Of a DNA stretch of 64,000 nucleotides, positions 19,450 to 29,422 are shown one piece after another (position 1 is the stretch's first letter; the number at the start of each line of letters is the position of its first letter). The stretch lies in assembly GCA_046350735.1 (NCBI GenBank), contig JAXLZU010000001.1, forward strand, positions 307,950 to 371,949, given 5' to 3'. Under the pieces are notes generated by a model, which had not been told where the DNA came from, ran no database searches, and saw only the letters and a list, made by a program, of their open reading frames with translations. A program made the translations under genes and the position numbers. This DNA comes from Candidatus Saccharimonadota bacterium. GTDB lineage: Bacteria > Patescibacteriota > Saccharimonadia > CAILAD01 > BJGX01.

Positions 19450-20238
19450 ATGTTAGAAATTATCTTAGTCGTTTTGGCGGCAACAGTAGCAGTTTTAGCT
19501 GTTGCGCTACTTACGCTCATTAACCAAAACAAAAAAAAACCAACGCCAGCTGCAACGAAAAAAGTAAGCAAAATATCAGAAAAATCACAAATTCTTGTAG
19601 ATACCAGTGCTATTATAGATGGACGTATTGCCGATATTGCCAAGAGTGGTTTTGTGCCTGGCAAACTATTAGTACCTCGCTTTGTACTAGCAGAATTGCA
19701 AAACATTGCTGATAGCGAAGATAGTATGCGCCGTAGTCGCGGCCGAAGAGGCTTAGAAATGCTCAATATTATTCGCGAGAACCCAGCCGTAGAGCTTGAT
19801 ATTATCGAAGAGAATCCAGAAGATGTAAAAGAAGTAGACCACAAGCTAGTGCGTATTGCCAGAGACTATGGGACCGACATTTTAACTACCGACTATAATC
19901 TTAATAGAGTGGCTACTATCGAGCAGGTAAAGGTGCTCAATATTAACGAGCTTGCCAATGCTATTAAGGCCGTTGTTATCCCCGGTGAAGAAATGAAGGT
20001 AAAGGTAGTACAGAAGGGCAAAGAAAAAAACCAAGGTCTAGCATATTTAGAAGACGGCACAATGATTGTGGTAGAGAGAGGCGATAAGTTACTGGGCAAA
20101 GAAGTGTCGGTAGAAGTAACCCGAATATTCCAGACAGTAGCCGGCAAGATGATTTTTGCGGTAGAGAAGGGAAGCAAACGACCAGTTCGTGCCAAATCTA
20201 CCAACCATCGTAAACCAGTGCAAAAGCCAAAGCGCTAA
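19450..20238 (+). CDS. PIN/TRAM-domain protein (YacL-like)
   Basis: N-terminal TM segment, PIN core VDTSAIIDGRI, C-terminal TRAM-like beta domain; conserved radA-yacL adjacency. Confidence 0.7.
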   Translation: MLEIILVVLAATVAVLAVALLTLINQNKKKPTPAATKKVSKISEKSQILVDTSAIIDGRIADIAKSGFVPGKLLVPRFVLAELQNIADSEDSMRRSRGRRGLEMLNIIRENPAVELDIIEENPEDVKEVDHKLVRIARDYGTDILTTDYNLNRVATIEQVKVLNINELANAIKAVVIPGEEMKVKVVQKGKEKNQGLAYLEDGTMIVVERGDKLLGKEVSVEVTRIFQTVAGKMIFAVEKGSKRPVRAKSTNHRKPVQKPKR

Positions 20239-20305
20239 GCTTGCAATAAGCAAAATTAATACGTAGAATATCTCTTGTCTTATCCGCGAGGTTAAGAGGT
20301 GCATA

Positions 20306-20875
20306 GTGCGTTTGGCAAAAACCGAAGAGGGAAAGATCGATCTAGCTATTAATCTGACTATCGGCATTTGGATTGTTCTATCAATAACAGCCGGTTTGAT
20401 TGTTATGATACATTTATGGCAAGAGCAATCGCAGAAAGAATCGGATTATTGGGCGCTTGGTTGGAAAACTGTGCAAGCAGATGTTACAGATCTAGGTAAC
20501 ATCAATGGCGACTTTAAACCTATTAGTCAGACAGCTAATCTGCAATATCGTTATAATAGTGAAGAACAAATCACTACTCAGCAGCAAATCGGCCTTGGTT
20601 ACCATGTAGGTGACAACGTGTCGCTATTTGCAAATAAAAACGGTGAAGTGGTGATAAAAAATGTACCAAATGGTTCTCGGATTCCATATGACCCGACAAT
20701 AAAAAGTTTTGGTGGTGACTATTTAGGTTGTATTGTTGCAGGTATATTTGCAAGTATTTTTGCTGCACTTGGTTTACTAGTAGGTGGTGTGATTCTTGTA
20801 TTGATTTTTGCGGGAATTGTAATGCTATATGAAGCAATATTTAAATCAAACAAAAAACCTCAAACTGCCTCCTGA
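20306..20875 (+). CDS. hypothetical membrane protein
   Basis: 189 aa with N- and C-terminal TM helices; the stop codon lies inside the terminator hairpin. Confidence 0.45.
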   Translation: MRLAKTEEGKIDLAINLTIGIWIVLSITAGLIVMIHLWQEQSQKESDYWALGWKTVQADVTDLGNINGDFKPISQTANLQYRYNSEEQITTQQQIGLGYHVGDNVSLFANKNGEVVIKNVPNGSRIPYDPTIKSFGGDYLGCIVAGIFASIFAALGLLVGGVILVLIFAGIVMLYEAIFKSNKKPQTAS

Positions 20876-20892
20876 ATTTCAGGAGGTTTTTT
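20868..20892 (+). terminator. rho-independent terminator (CCTCCTGAA-T-TTCAGGAGG + T6)
   Basis: Perfect 9-bp palindromic hairpin followed by TTTTTT. Confidence 0.8.
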
Positions 20893-20930
20893 ATTACCCG
20901 CTGAATCAGCATACCTGATATAATAACCAT

Positions 20931-21683
20931 ATGCGGTATTCGCACAAAATTCATCAGGCCAACCAGCAAAAATCTCCAGCTATTCAGCGTAGGCAACGTG
21001 TTACCAGCTTTGTATTAATAGGCGCCGTTATATTAAGCTTACTAGTCTTCGCTCAAACTAAGACATTAGACTGGTGGGAGTTTTATCGTTTCTTTTTATC
21101 AAGTCTAGTTAGTGTAATAATTGCCTATGCAATAGCTGCAGTCTTAGCACTTATTCTTGCCCTTGGGGCTACCAAAAACAGATGGCTAGAAAATATTTTA
21201 TTGCCTATTCTCGACGTTGCTCAGAGCTTCCCAACCTTCGCCTTAATACCTGTATTATTGGCGATATTTGGTACAAGTCGCTGGGTGGTTATCTTGTTCT
21301 TGGTAGTTACTATTATCTGGCCAATCGTATTTACACTTATCACTGCCCTAAAAGGCGAACGTGAAGATCTTGGCCAAGCAGCAACTATCTATGATGCCCA
21401 TGGCATAAAGAGATTATGGTATTTTCGCTTGCCTTCGGTGTTCCCGGCCTTTATCTCAGGTTCTATTATTGGCTGGGGAGAAGCCTGGGAGGCATTAATA
21501 GGTGCCGAAATTATTGCCAAAGTATTAGGTATTGGGTCTTATCTTGGCAAACTGGGTGAAAGTGGAAGTGTTTTGCAGTTGGTACTTGGTATTGCAATGT
21601 ATCTATTTCTTATTTTTATTCTCAATCAGATAATTTGGATTCCACTACTTAACTTTTCTTCTAGGTATCAAAATGAATCCTAA
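20931..21683 (+). CDS. ABC transporter permease (binding-protein-dependent inner-membrane component, Ssu/Tau/Nrt-like)
   Basis: 6 TM helices with the conserved EAA-like loop region; 250 aa. Confidence 0.75.
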   Translation: MRYSHKIHQANQQKSPAIQRRQRVTSFVLIGAVILSLLVFAQTKTLDWWEFYRFFLSSLVSVIIAYAIAAVLALILALGATKNRWLENILLPILDVAQSFPTFALIPVLLAIFGTSRWVVILFLVVTIIWPIVFTLITALKGEREDLGQAATIYDAHGIKRLWYFRLPSVFPAFISGSIIGWGEAWEALIGAEIIAKVLGIGSYLGKLGESGSVLQLVLGIAMYLFLIFILNQIIWIPLLNFSSRYQNES

Positions 21684-22401
21684 AAACAAAATTATTAAGA
21701 TAAGAAGGGTTAGTCTAAGCTACAAAGAAAATGGCGGGAAGTTTCCTGTACTAGATGATATAAGTTTTGATGTTGTACCTGGTGAATTTATTTGTATAGT
21801 TGGCTCGAGCGGTGGAGGTAAAAGTACACTACTGAGAATATTGGCAAGCTTGCAACAACAAACTGAAGGAAAAATCATTAACATGCCAGAGCAACTTGGC
21901 TTTGTGTTTCAGAATTTTGCACTTTTTCCGTGGCTAGACGTCGAAAGTAATGTGAGTTTTGGTCTGCGTATGCAGGGACTTAGTAAAAACCAAATTCATA
22001 AACGCGTAAGAGAAGAGATAGCTCGTATTGGTTTAGAGGGTTTCGAAAAAAGCCACCCCAAAGAACTTTCTGGGGGTATGAAACAGAGAGTAGGGATTGC
22101 CCGTGCCTTGGCTGTGCATCCAAAAGTATTGTTACTCGACGAGCCGTTTTCTGCACTCGATGAGATTACTGCCAAGGGCTTGCGTCACGACTTATTGCGC
22201 ATCCATCAACAAACCAAAGAAACGATTATTATGGTAACTCACTTAGTAGAAGAAGCAGTAGAGCTGGCCGATAGAATTATTGTTATGAGCCCGCGCCCTG
22301 GTAGAGTTCGTAAGATTATTGCTAACGATATGCCGCGACCACGCAATACACGCAGTAGAGAATTCTTTAGGCTAGTAGACGAGATAGAATCGCTACTATA
22401 A
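21673..22401 (+). CDS. ABC transporter ATP-binding protein
   Basis: Walker A GSSGGGKST, signature LSGGMKQRV, Walker B LLLDEPFSALD; overlaps the permease by 11 nt. Confidence 0.85.
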   Translation: MNPKNKIIKIRRVSLSYKENGGKFPVLDDISFDVVPGEFICIVGSSGGGKSTLLRILASLQQQTEGKIINMPEQLGFVFQNFALFPWLDVESNVSFGLRMQGLSKNQIHKRVREEIARIGLEGFEKSHPKELSGGMKQRVGIARALAVHPKVLLLDEPFSALDEITAKGLRHDLLRIHQQTKETIIMVTHLVEEAVELADRIIVMSPRPGRVRKIIANDMPRPRNTRSREFFRLVDEIESLL

Positions 22402-22402
22402 T

Positions 22403-25273
22403 CTATGGATAAACTGTATCGCTACCTGCGTTGACACGAACGTTGCTACCGGCGCCACTAATACCATTCCATGCAGGGCCCGCCCAGCCACTCCAAGCAT
22501 ATGGGCTAGTAGAGTCTGGATAAGAACCGCCTCCACTAACTATCAGAGTTGCTGTACCACTAGAAAATCCAGATAAAGTACATGTTTTTGGAACAATACA
22601 ATTCAACGACAAGCTTCCGCCTCCACCAACATTTACGCTTACGCTATTACTTTGTGCACTATAATATCCACTATCGTAGACTTTGGCATAATAACTATGC
22701 GTACCACTACCCGGTGTGTCGGTAATAGTGCCACCACCTCCGGTAGAACTAATTAGGGTATTATCTCGAAAGACATCGACGTGCGATATAGGGAATCGCC
22801 CACCGGTAACTGTGGTAGTAACTGTTACAGTGCCGCCTGGGTTAGCAGTTGCTGCAATGGTTGCAGATGGCTGAGCATCGCCGCATTGGTGTACATCATC
22901 GTTCTGAGTAGGAATAGAACCACCCGCGCCATAACCCAAACTTGCTGCTAATGCCTGAACAGGAGGATTCCAGCGAGGATAGGCAATGTCGGTAGGTGGA
23001 ATCTCAGCAGTAATGAGCGCACCGGTAATATCACGTCTGGCATCTTGTGGCGTACAGGCAGTGGCGAGTTTGCCAGATACTACATCAATAGTAGCGGCCT
23101 GATTGCCCGATGCAGAAGGTAGCTGGTACCAAGAGGCAAAGATGTCGGTTCTGGTTTTCGAACCATTTACAGGGGCCTTGCCGGTATTGGCATCTAGAGT
23201 AACTTGCTTAATTCCACTTGGCTGCTTAAACTGCTCTACCGGTGCATCTTTGAGAGCATTTTTCATATAGGTATTCCATATTGGGGCCGATACAATACTA
23301 GCAGCTTGAGTCATTGGCTTATTATTGTTGTTGCCCGCCCAAACTACTGCTACTAGCTGTGGAGTATAACCAACTGTCCAGGCATCTTTATAATCTTCGG
23401 TGGTACCGGTCTTGGCAGCAACAGGCCTGCCAGACAAAGTAAGGGGGTTATTGCAGGTAAATACACCCAAGCTACAACGGGCACTATTGTCAGAGAGTAT
23501 ACTGCTAATTTCGTAGGCAATTTGTGGGTCAATTACTTGCTTGCCCTTGTTATTTTTATCGGTTGTTTCGTCTATTACTTTGCCATTTGCGTCGGTAATT
23601 TTTAACCAATAGACTTGGTCGTGCTTTATGCCCTGGTCTGCTAAGACAGAAAATGCATTTGCCATATCTATCATTTTTACTTCGCCAGAACCAAGAGCTA
23701 GCGAGAGACCATAGTCAGCAGTGGTTTTATCAAACGTTGTAATACCCATCTCTTTTGCGGTTTTAATAAATTCTTCCTGACCTCCAATATAAAGTGCTTT
23801 TACTGCCGGAATGTTAAGTGAGCTAGAGAGTGCAGTACGTACCGACTGAACGCCATAAAACCTATTGGTATAGTTTTTGGGCGAGTACCCACCACCAAAG
23901 TCAGTTTTTACATCATACATTGTGCTGCCCGGGCCCCAGTTCTTCTTAAAGAGATTCGAGTATACTAGTGGCTTAATTGAGCTACCTGGCTGGCGATTGG
24001 CCGATGCAAGATTGTAGCTACCAAATTCTGGTTGGTTATAATCATAACTACCTACCATAGCCAAAACCTCGCCGTTTTTAGGATCGGCAGAAACCAGGGC
24101 AGCATTACTACCACCAAACTTGCGTACATTATCTATACCAGATACCACAGCTTCTTCAGCTAACTTCTGTTTGTCGACGTCTAAAGTAGTTATTACTTTT
24201 AAACCACCCTGGTTGACAGTCTTAACGCCATATTTTTCTTCGAGTTGCTCGCGAACATACTGAACATAATGAGGGGCGGTAACATTAGCATACGGATTGT
24301 ATGGTTTTAGTTGGGCTAAAACATCTACTTCTTTTGCGGCATTTGCTTGTTCTTGGGTAATCTTCTTTTGTTCTGCCATAAGATCGAGAACACGATTCTT
24401 CTTAGTAATTAGCTCTGCCGTGTGCGTGCCGTATGGTGAGTAATAGGTGGGTGCTTGAGGCAGGCTAGCAAGCAGAGCACATTGGGATAGCGTGAGGTCT
24501 TTGGCATCCACACCAAAGAATTGCTTTGAAGCTGCCTGAACACCATAGGCGGTGCTGCCATAGGGAATTTCATTAAGATAAAGTTTTAAAATATCATCTT
24601 TTTTATACAGCTGTTCTATCTCTATTGCTAAAATCAGCTCTTTAATCTTGCGTGAATAACTTCTCTCATTGGTTAAAAGAGCGTTCTTTACATACTGTTG
24701 AGTAATAGTACTACCGCCACCTCGGCTTGAGTCTTTAAAGATAATACCGGTAAATGCCCTGGCAATACCTTTAGGACTAAATGCTCCCTGACTATAAAAA
24801 TCTTTGTCTTCTAGTGCCACAGTAGAATCTTTAATGCATTGTGGCATTTGGTTAAACTCTATAATACTGCGATTTTTATCACCATAAATTTCGACCAATA
24901 GATGTTGGCCGGTTCTATCGTACAGTTTGGTGGTCTGAGCACTGGTAATAGAGTTAATTTTATTTGGGCTAGGTAAGTCTTTAGCAAACCAAGCAAATAC
25001 TGCTGCTACTACCAAAAAGCCAGTTAGGGCTGCAATGGCATATAGCTTTAGAGCTTTTTTAGAAGTAAGAACCTGGTAAACGTGTTTGGGGTAGAGCTTG
25101 CGAATACCCTTCTCTCGAGGTACGGCCGGAGTAACAAGCCAAGTAAGAATGTTTTTCTTCTTGGTAGATGCGGCAGTAGTAGCAGCGGCTACTTTTTTTG
25201 CAGACGAAGAAGAACCGCGACGAATAACGCGGCGTTTGCTAATAACATTACGTTTGTTGGATTTTTTAGCCAT
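22403..25273 (-). CDS. class A penicillin-binding protein (transglycosylase + transpeptidase) with long basic N-terminal tail and ~230-aa Gly/Thr/Ser-rich C-terminal extension
   Basis: GT51 motifs (ALEDKDFY, GGSTITQQ) and transpeptidase motifs (SxxK region, KTGT); 956 aa. Confidence 0.85.
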   Translation of the reverse strand: MAKKSNKRNVISKRRVIRRGSSSSAKKVAAATTAASTKKKNILTWLVTPAVPREKGIRKLYPKHVYQVLTSKKALKLYAIAALTGFLVVAAVFAWFAKDLPSPNKINSITSAQTTKLYDRTGQHLLVEIYGDKNRSIIEFNQMPQCIKDSTVALEDKDFYSQGAFSPKGIARAFTGIIFKDSSRGGGSTITQQYVKNALLTNERSYSRKIKELILAIEIEQLYKKDDILKLYLNEIPYGSTAYGVQAASKQFFGVDAKDLTLSQCALLASLPQAPTYYSPYGTHTAELITKKNRVLDLMAEQKKITQEQANAAKEVDVLAQLKPYNPYANVTAPHYVQYVREQLEEKYGVKTVNQGGLKVITTLDVDKQKLAEEAVVSGIDNVRKFGGSNAALVSADPKNGEVLAMVGSYDYNQPEFGSYNLASANRQPGSSIKPLVYSNLFKKNWGPGSTMYDVKTDFGGGYSPKNYTNRFYGVQSVRTALSSSLNIPAVKALYIGGQEEFIKTAKEMGITTFDKTTADYGLSLALGSGEVKMIDMANAFSVLADQGIKHDQVYWLKITDANGKVIDETTDKNNKGKQVIDPQIAYEISSILSDNSARCSLGVFTCNNPLTLSGRPVAAKTGTTEDYKDAWTVGYTPQLVAVVWAGNNNNKPMTQAASIVSAPIWNTYMKNALKDAPVEQFKQPSGIKQVTLDANTGKAPVNGSKTRTDIFASWYQLPSASGNQAATIDVVSGKLATACTPQDARRDITGALITAEIPPTDIAYPRWNPPVQALAASLGYGAGGSIPTQNDDVHQCGDAQPSATIAATANPGGTVTVTTTVTGGRFPISHVDVFRDNTLISSTGGGGTITDTPGSGTHSYYAKVYDSGYYSAQSNSVSVNVGGGGSLSLNCIVPKTCTLSGFSSGTATLIVSGGGSYPDSTSPYAWSGWAGPAWNGISGAGSNVRVNAGSDTVYP

Positions 25274-25340
25274 AAGGGTTTTAGTCTATTGAATTGATTA
25301 TACCAAAAAAAACGCTTTGTCTGCTATAATGTGACACAGA

Positions 25341-26561
25341 ATGACTGTAGATAAAGCCAAATTAGAAGAGTTACTTACCCGAGGCGTCGAAGACGTTATT
25401 GTTAGGGCTGACTTAGAGAAGAAGCTACAGAGTGGCAAAAAGTTACGTATTAAGCTTGGTATAGACCCAACTAACCCGCAAATTCATATTGGTAGAGCAG
25501 CTGCATTGTGGAAGTTGCGAGCTTTTCAAGACCTAGGTCATCAAATCACCTTGGTAATTGGTACATTTACCGGTGTTATTGGTGATGCTAGCGATAAAGA
25601 CAGCGAGCGCCCACTAGTAGAACGCAAGACAATAGAAGAAAACATGCAGACGTACGCCAAACAAATTGGCAAGATCTTAGATATGAATAAGGTAGAGCTT
25701 TACTACAATGGTGATTGGTTTGACAAAATGCCCCTGCAAAAATTTTTTGCGCTAACTCAACTCTTTACAATTCAGCAAATGACAGAGCGAGAAAATTTTG
25801 CCAAGCGTATAGAAGCAGGTAAGCCTGTTGGTATACACGAGACTCTCTACCCAATGTTGCAAGGCTATGACAGTGTAGAAATGAAGACCGATGTAGAGAT
25901 TGGTGGCACTGATCAACTCTTTAATATGCTTGCTGGCCGAGAAGTACAAAAAGCCTACAATATGCCAGAGCAAAATGTTATGACGCTTCATTTGCTAGAG
26001 GGTACTGATGGCAGAAAGATGAGTAGCAGCTGGGGAAATTGTATATATATTAATGACGACCCAATTGATATGTATGGCAAGGTAATGACAGTGCGCGACG
26101 AATTAATTCCGGTGTATTTTAAGCTCTGCACCGACGTTCCACTAGGCCAAGTTACCGCACTCGAGCAAGCAATGGCTGGTGCCTTAGTAGAAGACGGTAT
26201 GATGACAGTGTTTGGTGACCCCGCCAACCCACGTGATACTAAGGCGAGTTTGGCACATACTATTGTGGCTCGTTACTATGGCGATAAAGCCGCCCAAGAG
26301 GCAGAAGAAGCTTGGAATGCACAGTTTCAGAAAGGCGAAAAACCCAAAAATATCGCTACCAAAAAAACCAAAGCCGGCACAGTATTAGATGTTGTGTCTG
26401 ATGCTTTTGGTATTAGTAAATCAGAAGTTCGTCGGCTTGTAGCTCAAAAAGGTATTAAGATAGATGACAAGGTAGTAGAAGATGTTGAGCAAAAAATTAG
26501 CAAAGATTGTCTTATACAAGTAGGCAAGCGACGGTTTATTCAGCTTAAGCTGTCTAAGTAA
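25341..26561 (+). CDS. tyrS: tyrosine--tRNA ligase (class I aaRS; KMSSS-type signature, C-terminal S4-like domain)
   Basis: HIGH-region PQIHIGRAAAL, LVIGTFTGVIGD, KMSSS motif, C-terminal S4-like RRLVAQKGIKIDDKVV; TATAAT 10 nt upstream suggests a very short leader. Confidence 0.65.
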   Translation: MTVDKAKLEELLTRGVEDVIVRADLEKKLQSGKKLRIKLGIDPTNPQIHIGRAAALWKLRAFQDLGHQITLVIGTFTGVIGDASDKDSERPLVERKTIEENMQTYAKQIGKILDMNKVELYYNGDWFDKMPLQKFFALTQLFTIQQMTERENFAKRIEAGKPVGIHETLYPMLQGYDSVEMKTDVEIGGTDQLFNMLAGREVQKAYNMPEQNVMTLHLLEGTDGRKMSSSWGNCIYINDDPIDMYGKVMTVRDELIPVYFKLCTDVPLGQVTALEQAMAGALVEDGMMTVFGDPANPRDTKASLAHTIVARYYGDKAAQEAEEAWNAQFQKGEKPKNIATKKTKAGTVLDVVSDAFGISKSEVRRLVAQKGIKIDDKVVEDVEQKISKDCLIQVGKRRFIQLKLSK

Positions 26562-26596
26562 CGTATTTCGTCTTTTGTTCGTGCTAGAATGATGTA

Positions 26597-28630
26597 ATGG
26601 ATCTCAACTCTCCAGTAGCAAGTTTAAAGGGCGTGGGGCCGGTAGTAAAAAGGGGCCTCGAACGGTTAAAAATAAAAACCGTTGGTGATTTGCTATGGCA
26701 CACCCCAAGGCGCTGGGAAGACTACTGCCAAATAACCAAAATACGCAATATTAAGCCAGGCAAAGTAGCGATAGTTGCTAGTATTGAGGCTATTAATGTG
26801 CGCCGTAGTGCTCGTCAGAAACGACTTACTATTACCGAGGCGATACTTAGCGATGGTAGTGGCACAATTAAGGCAGTGTGGTTTAACCAACCATACCTTA
26901 CAACTGCTCTCAAAAAAGACCAAAACTATCTCTTTGCCGGTAACTTTGAGTTTAAGAATAATTACCTTAGTCTAAATACCCCAAGTTTTGAGCCCGCTAA
27001 CGAAGCCAACTTTAAAGGCGCAATTTATCCTATATACCCAGAAACAGCAACTATTTCTTCTAAAATATTACAAAAACTTATAAGCCAGTGTATTGATGCA
27101 ACGCTGCAGATGCAAGATGATTTGCCTAGTAAAGTACGAGCTGATGCTGGAGTAGTTGGTTTGGGTGAGGCTTTGCGATTACTGCACCAGCCTAAAGACT
27201 TAAGTGATGTCGAGCGAGGTAAAGACAGACTTGGTTTTGAGGAATTATTTTGGCTAATGCTGACAGGACTGGTATTAAAGGCCGACATTCAGACCGAAGA
27301 TGCTTACCAGATACCATTTAATCTTTCGGTTGTAGAATCTGTTTTAAACCAACTTAACTTCGAGCTAACCGATGCACAGCGCAAATCTGCTTGGACAATA
27401 TTTAAAGATATAGAACAGAGCAGGCCTATGAATCGTTTACTTGAAGGTGATGTAGGAAGCGGTAAAACGTTGGTAGCACTTCTGGCACTTGCTATGACAG
27501 TCAAAGCTGGTTACCAAGCGGCGTTAATGGTGCCCACCGAAATTCTCGCTCGGCAGCATATGGTAACTCTTACAAAACTTGTTAAGTCACTTGGTATTAA
27601 GACAAGCCTGTTAATCTCGGCTCTACCGGCGGCTGAGAAAAAACTTGTGCAGCAAAACATTAGCAAAGGTAAAACAGATATAGTTATTGGTACTCATGCG
27701 TTATTGAGTGAAGGTGTAGAGTTTAATAATGTAGCATTAGTTGTTATAGACGAGCAGCACCGTTTTGGGGTAAATCAGCGTCGCATGCTAAAAACAAAAG
27801 CCCAGGCCATGCCACACGTACTAACAATGACCGCCACACCTATTCCGCGGAGTTTGGCATTGGTAGTATATGGCGATTTAGATGTGTCTATTATTGATAG
27901 CTTGCCACCCGGGCGTAGCCCAGTAACTACAAAAGTTGCACGCGAGATAGACAGAAGTACTATCTACTTTATGGTAGATTCGCTTATTGGCCAGGGCCAA
28001 CAGGTATATATTGTTTGTCCAGCCATAGAAGAAAACGATCTTACAGGGCTAAAATCTGTAGAGGCAGAGTATAAGAAGCTACAAAAAAGTGTATTTTCGC
28101 ATCGGCGTATTGCAATGCTACATGGCAAAATGAAGCCAGCAGAAAAAGCCGAAATAATGGAAGACTTTCGGGCTAAGAAATACGATATTTTACTTGCTAC
28201 TACTGTAATAGAGGTGGGTGTCGATGTGCCTAATGCCACCGTCTTAATTGTAGAAAATGCCGAACGGTTTGGTTTGGCAGCACTGCATCAGTTGCGCGGT
28301 CGAGTAGGACGAAGTAATTTACAGAGCTACTGTTATCTCTTTTCTGAAAGCCAAAGTCCAATGGCCTACAAACGGCTTAGTGCAATGGAGAAAACTACTG
28401 ATGGTTTTAGATTGGCCCAGATAGATCTAGAATTGCGCGGGCCAGGTGAGATATATGGCACAGCCCAGGCGGGTATACTCGACTTACGTTTTGCCAATCT
28501 GTTTGATGCTACTAGGCTAGCGAAAGCTAAGGATATAGCTAATAATTTCTTAGAGTCGGGCAAAATGGTACAATATAAGCCTGTACTAGAGCGAGTCAAT
28601 CACCTCAAAAAATTAACCTCACTCGATTAA
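26597..28630 (+). CDS. recG: ATP-dependent DNA helicase RecG
   Basis: Wedge domain followed by SF2 helicase motifs GDVGSGKT, DEQHRFG, TATPIPR; 677 aa. Confidence 0.9.
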   Translation: MDLNSPVASLKGVGPVVKRGLERLKIKTVGDLLWHTPRRWEDYCQITKIRNIKPGKVAIVASIEAINVRRSARQKRLTITEAILSDGSGTIKAVWFNQPYLTTALKKDQNYLFAGNFEFKNNYLSLNTPSFEPANEANFKGAIYPIYPETATISSKILQKLISQCIDATLQMQDDLPSKVRADAGVVGLGEALRLLHQPKDLSDVERGKDRLGFEELFWLMLTGLVLKADIQTEDAYQIPFNLSVVESVLNQLNFELTDAQRKSAWTIFKDIEQSRPMNRLLEGDVGSGKTLVALLALAMTVKAGYQAALMVPTEILARQHMVTLTKLVKSLGIKTSLLISALPAAEKKLVQQNISKGKTDIVIGTHALLSEGVEFNNVALVVIDEQHRFGVNQRRMLKTKAQAMPHVLTMTATPIPRSLALVVYGDLDVSIIDSLPPGRSPVTTKVAREIDRSTIYFMVDSLIGQGQQVYIVCPAIEENDLTGLKSVEAEYKKLQKSVFSHRRIAMLHGKMKPAEKAEIMEDFRAKKYDILLATTVIEVGVDVPNATVLIVENAERFGLAALHQLRGRVGRSNLQSYCYLFSESQSPMAYKRLSAMEKTTDGFRLAQIDLELRGPGEIYGTAQAGILDLRFANLFDATRLAKAKDIANNFLESGKMVQYKPVLERVNHLKKLTSLD

Positions 28631-28633
28631 ACT

Positions 28634-29422
28634 ATGAATTCAGGATTTGTTACATATTTTACTAAAGGTAAAGTTTTAAATAATATTGGTACTCACCAAA
28701 AATTCGATAAAGTTGCCTATCGACTTATTCGGCCACGCATTGATGTAAATAAATTCCCACAGCAACGGCAAATATTAAAATTTGAAGGTATGGGTGGCCC
28801 AGATGGTTTAAAGATGAAAAGCAAAAACTATCGGGCAGACCATCTTTGGGACCCAGTTAATAAGATTGGCCATTTACCTACCTGGGTAGAAATTCATTAT
28901 AAGAATGCAGTAGAAGCACTAAAAGTAGGTGATAGTGTAAAAGCGAGTTTCGAGCTAGGCTTTATGGCGCACTACCTTACCGACAGTCTTACCCCGGCGC
29001 ATCATACGAATCACAAGCTTATTACCGCACAGTACGAGGACGCCAATAAATTGCAAAAAAACTGGGTAGTTTGGGGTAGAAAGGGTTTAGTTAGTTCACA
29101 CGTTATGTTTGAAAGTGGCGTCTCAACTGCCATTGCTTTTAACCGTTTGCGAGTTAAATTTGATGAGGCATTATTTAATCGAATTTTAGAAGAGGGTATA
29201 AAAGTGGTGGTAGAAGATGAGTCACTACGTATTGCCAAACTCGATCTGTTTGATAGATATCTCAAAAAAGGCTGGACTGTTGATTTGGCAAAGACTGTGA
29301 AGACAGTGGTAGTAAAACGAATTCCTCAGTTATTGGCTGCAGCTTGGTTAGCTGCATATAGCGAGGCTGGGTACAAAGTAAAACCTCTGCAAGCTAAAAC
29401 GAGCAAATCAAAAATACACTAA
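28634..29422 (+). CDS. hypothetical protein, possibly zinc-dependent phospholipase C / P1-nuclease superfamily
   Basis: His/Asp-rich motif GFMAHYLTDSLTPAHH resembling the metal-binding helix of that superfamily; weak. Confidence 0.35.
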   Translation: MNSGFVTYFTKGKVLNNIGTHQKFDKVAYRLIRPRIDVNKFPQQRQILKFEGMGGPDGLKMKSKNYRADHLWDPVNKIGHLPTWVEIHYKNAVEALKVGDSVKASFELGFMAHYLTDSLTPAHHTNHKLITAQYEDANKLQKNWVVWGRKGLVSSHVMFESGVSTAIAFNRLRVKFDEALFNRILEEGIKVVVEDESLRIAKLDLFDRYLKKGWTVDLAKTVKTVVVKRIPQLLAAAWLAAYSEAGYKVKPLQAKTSKSKIH

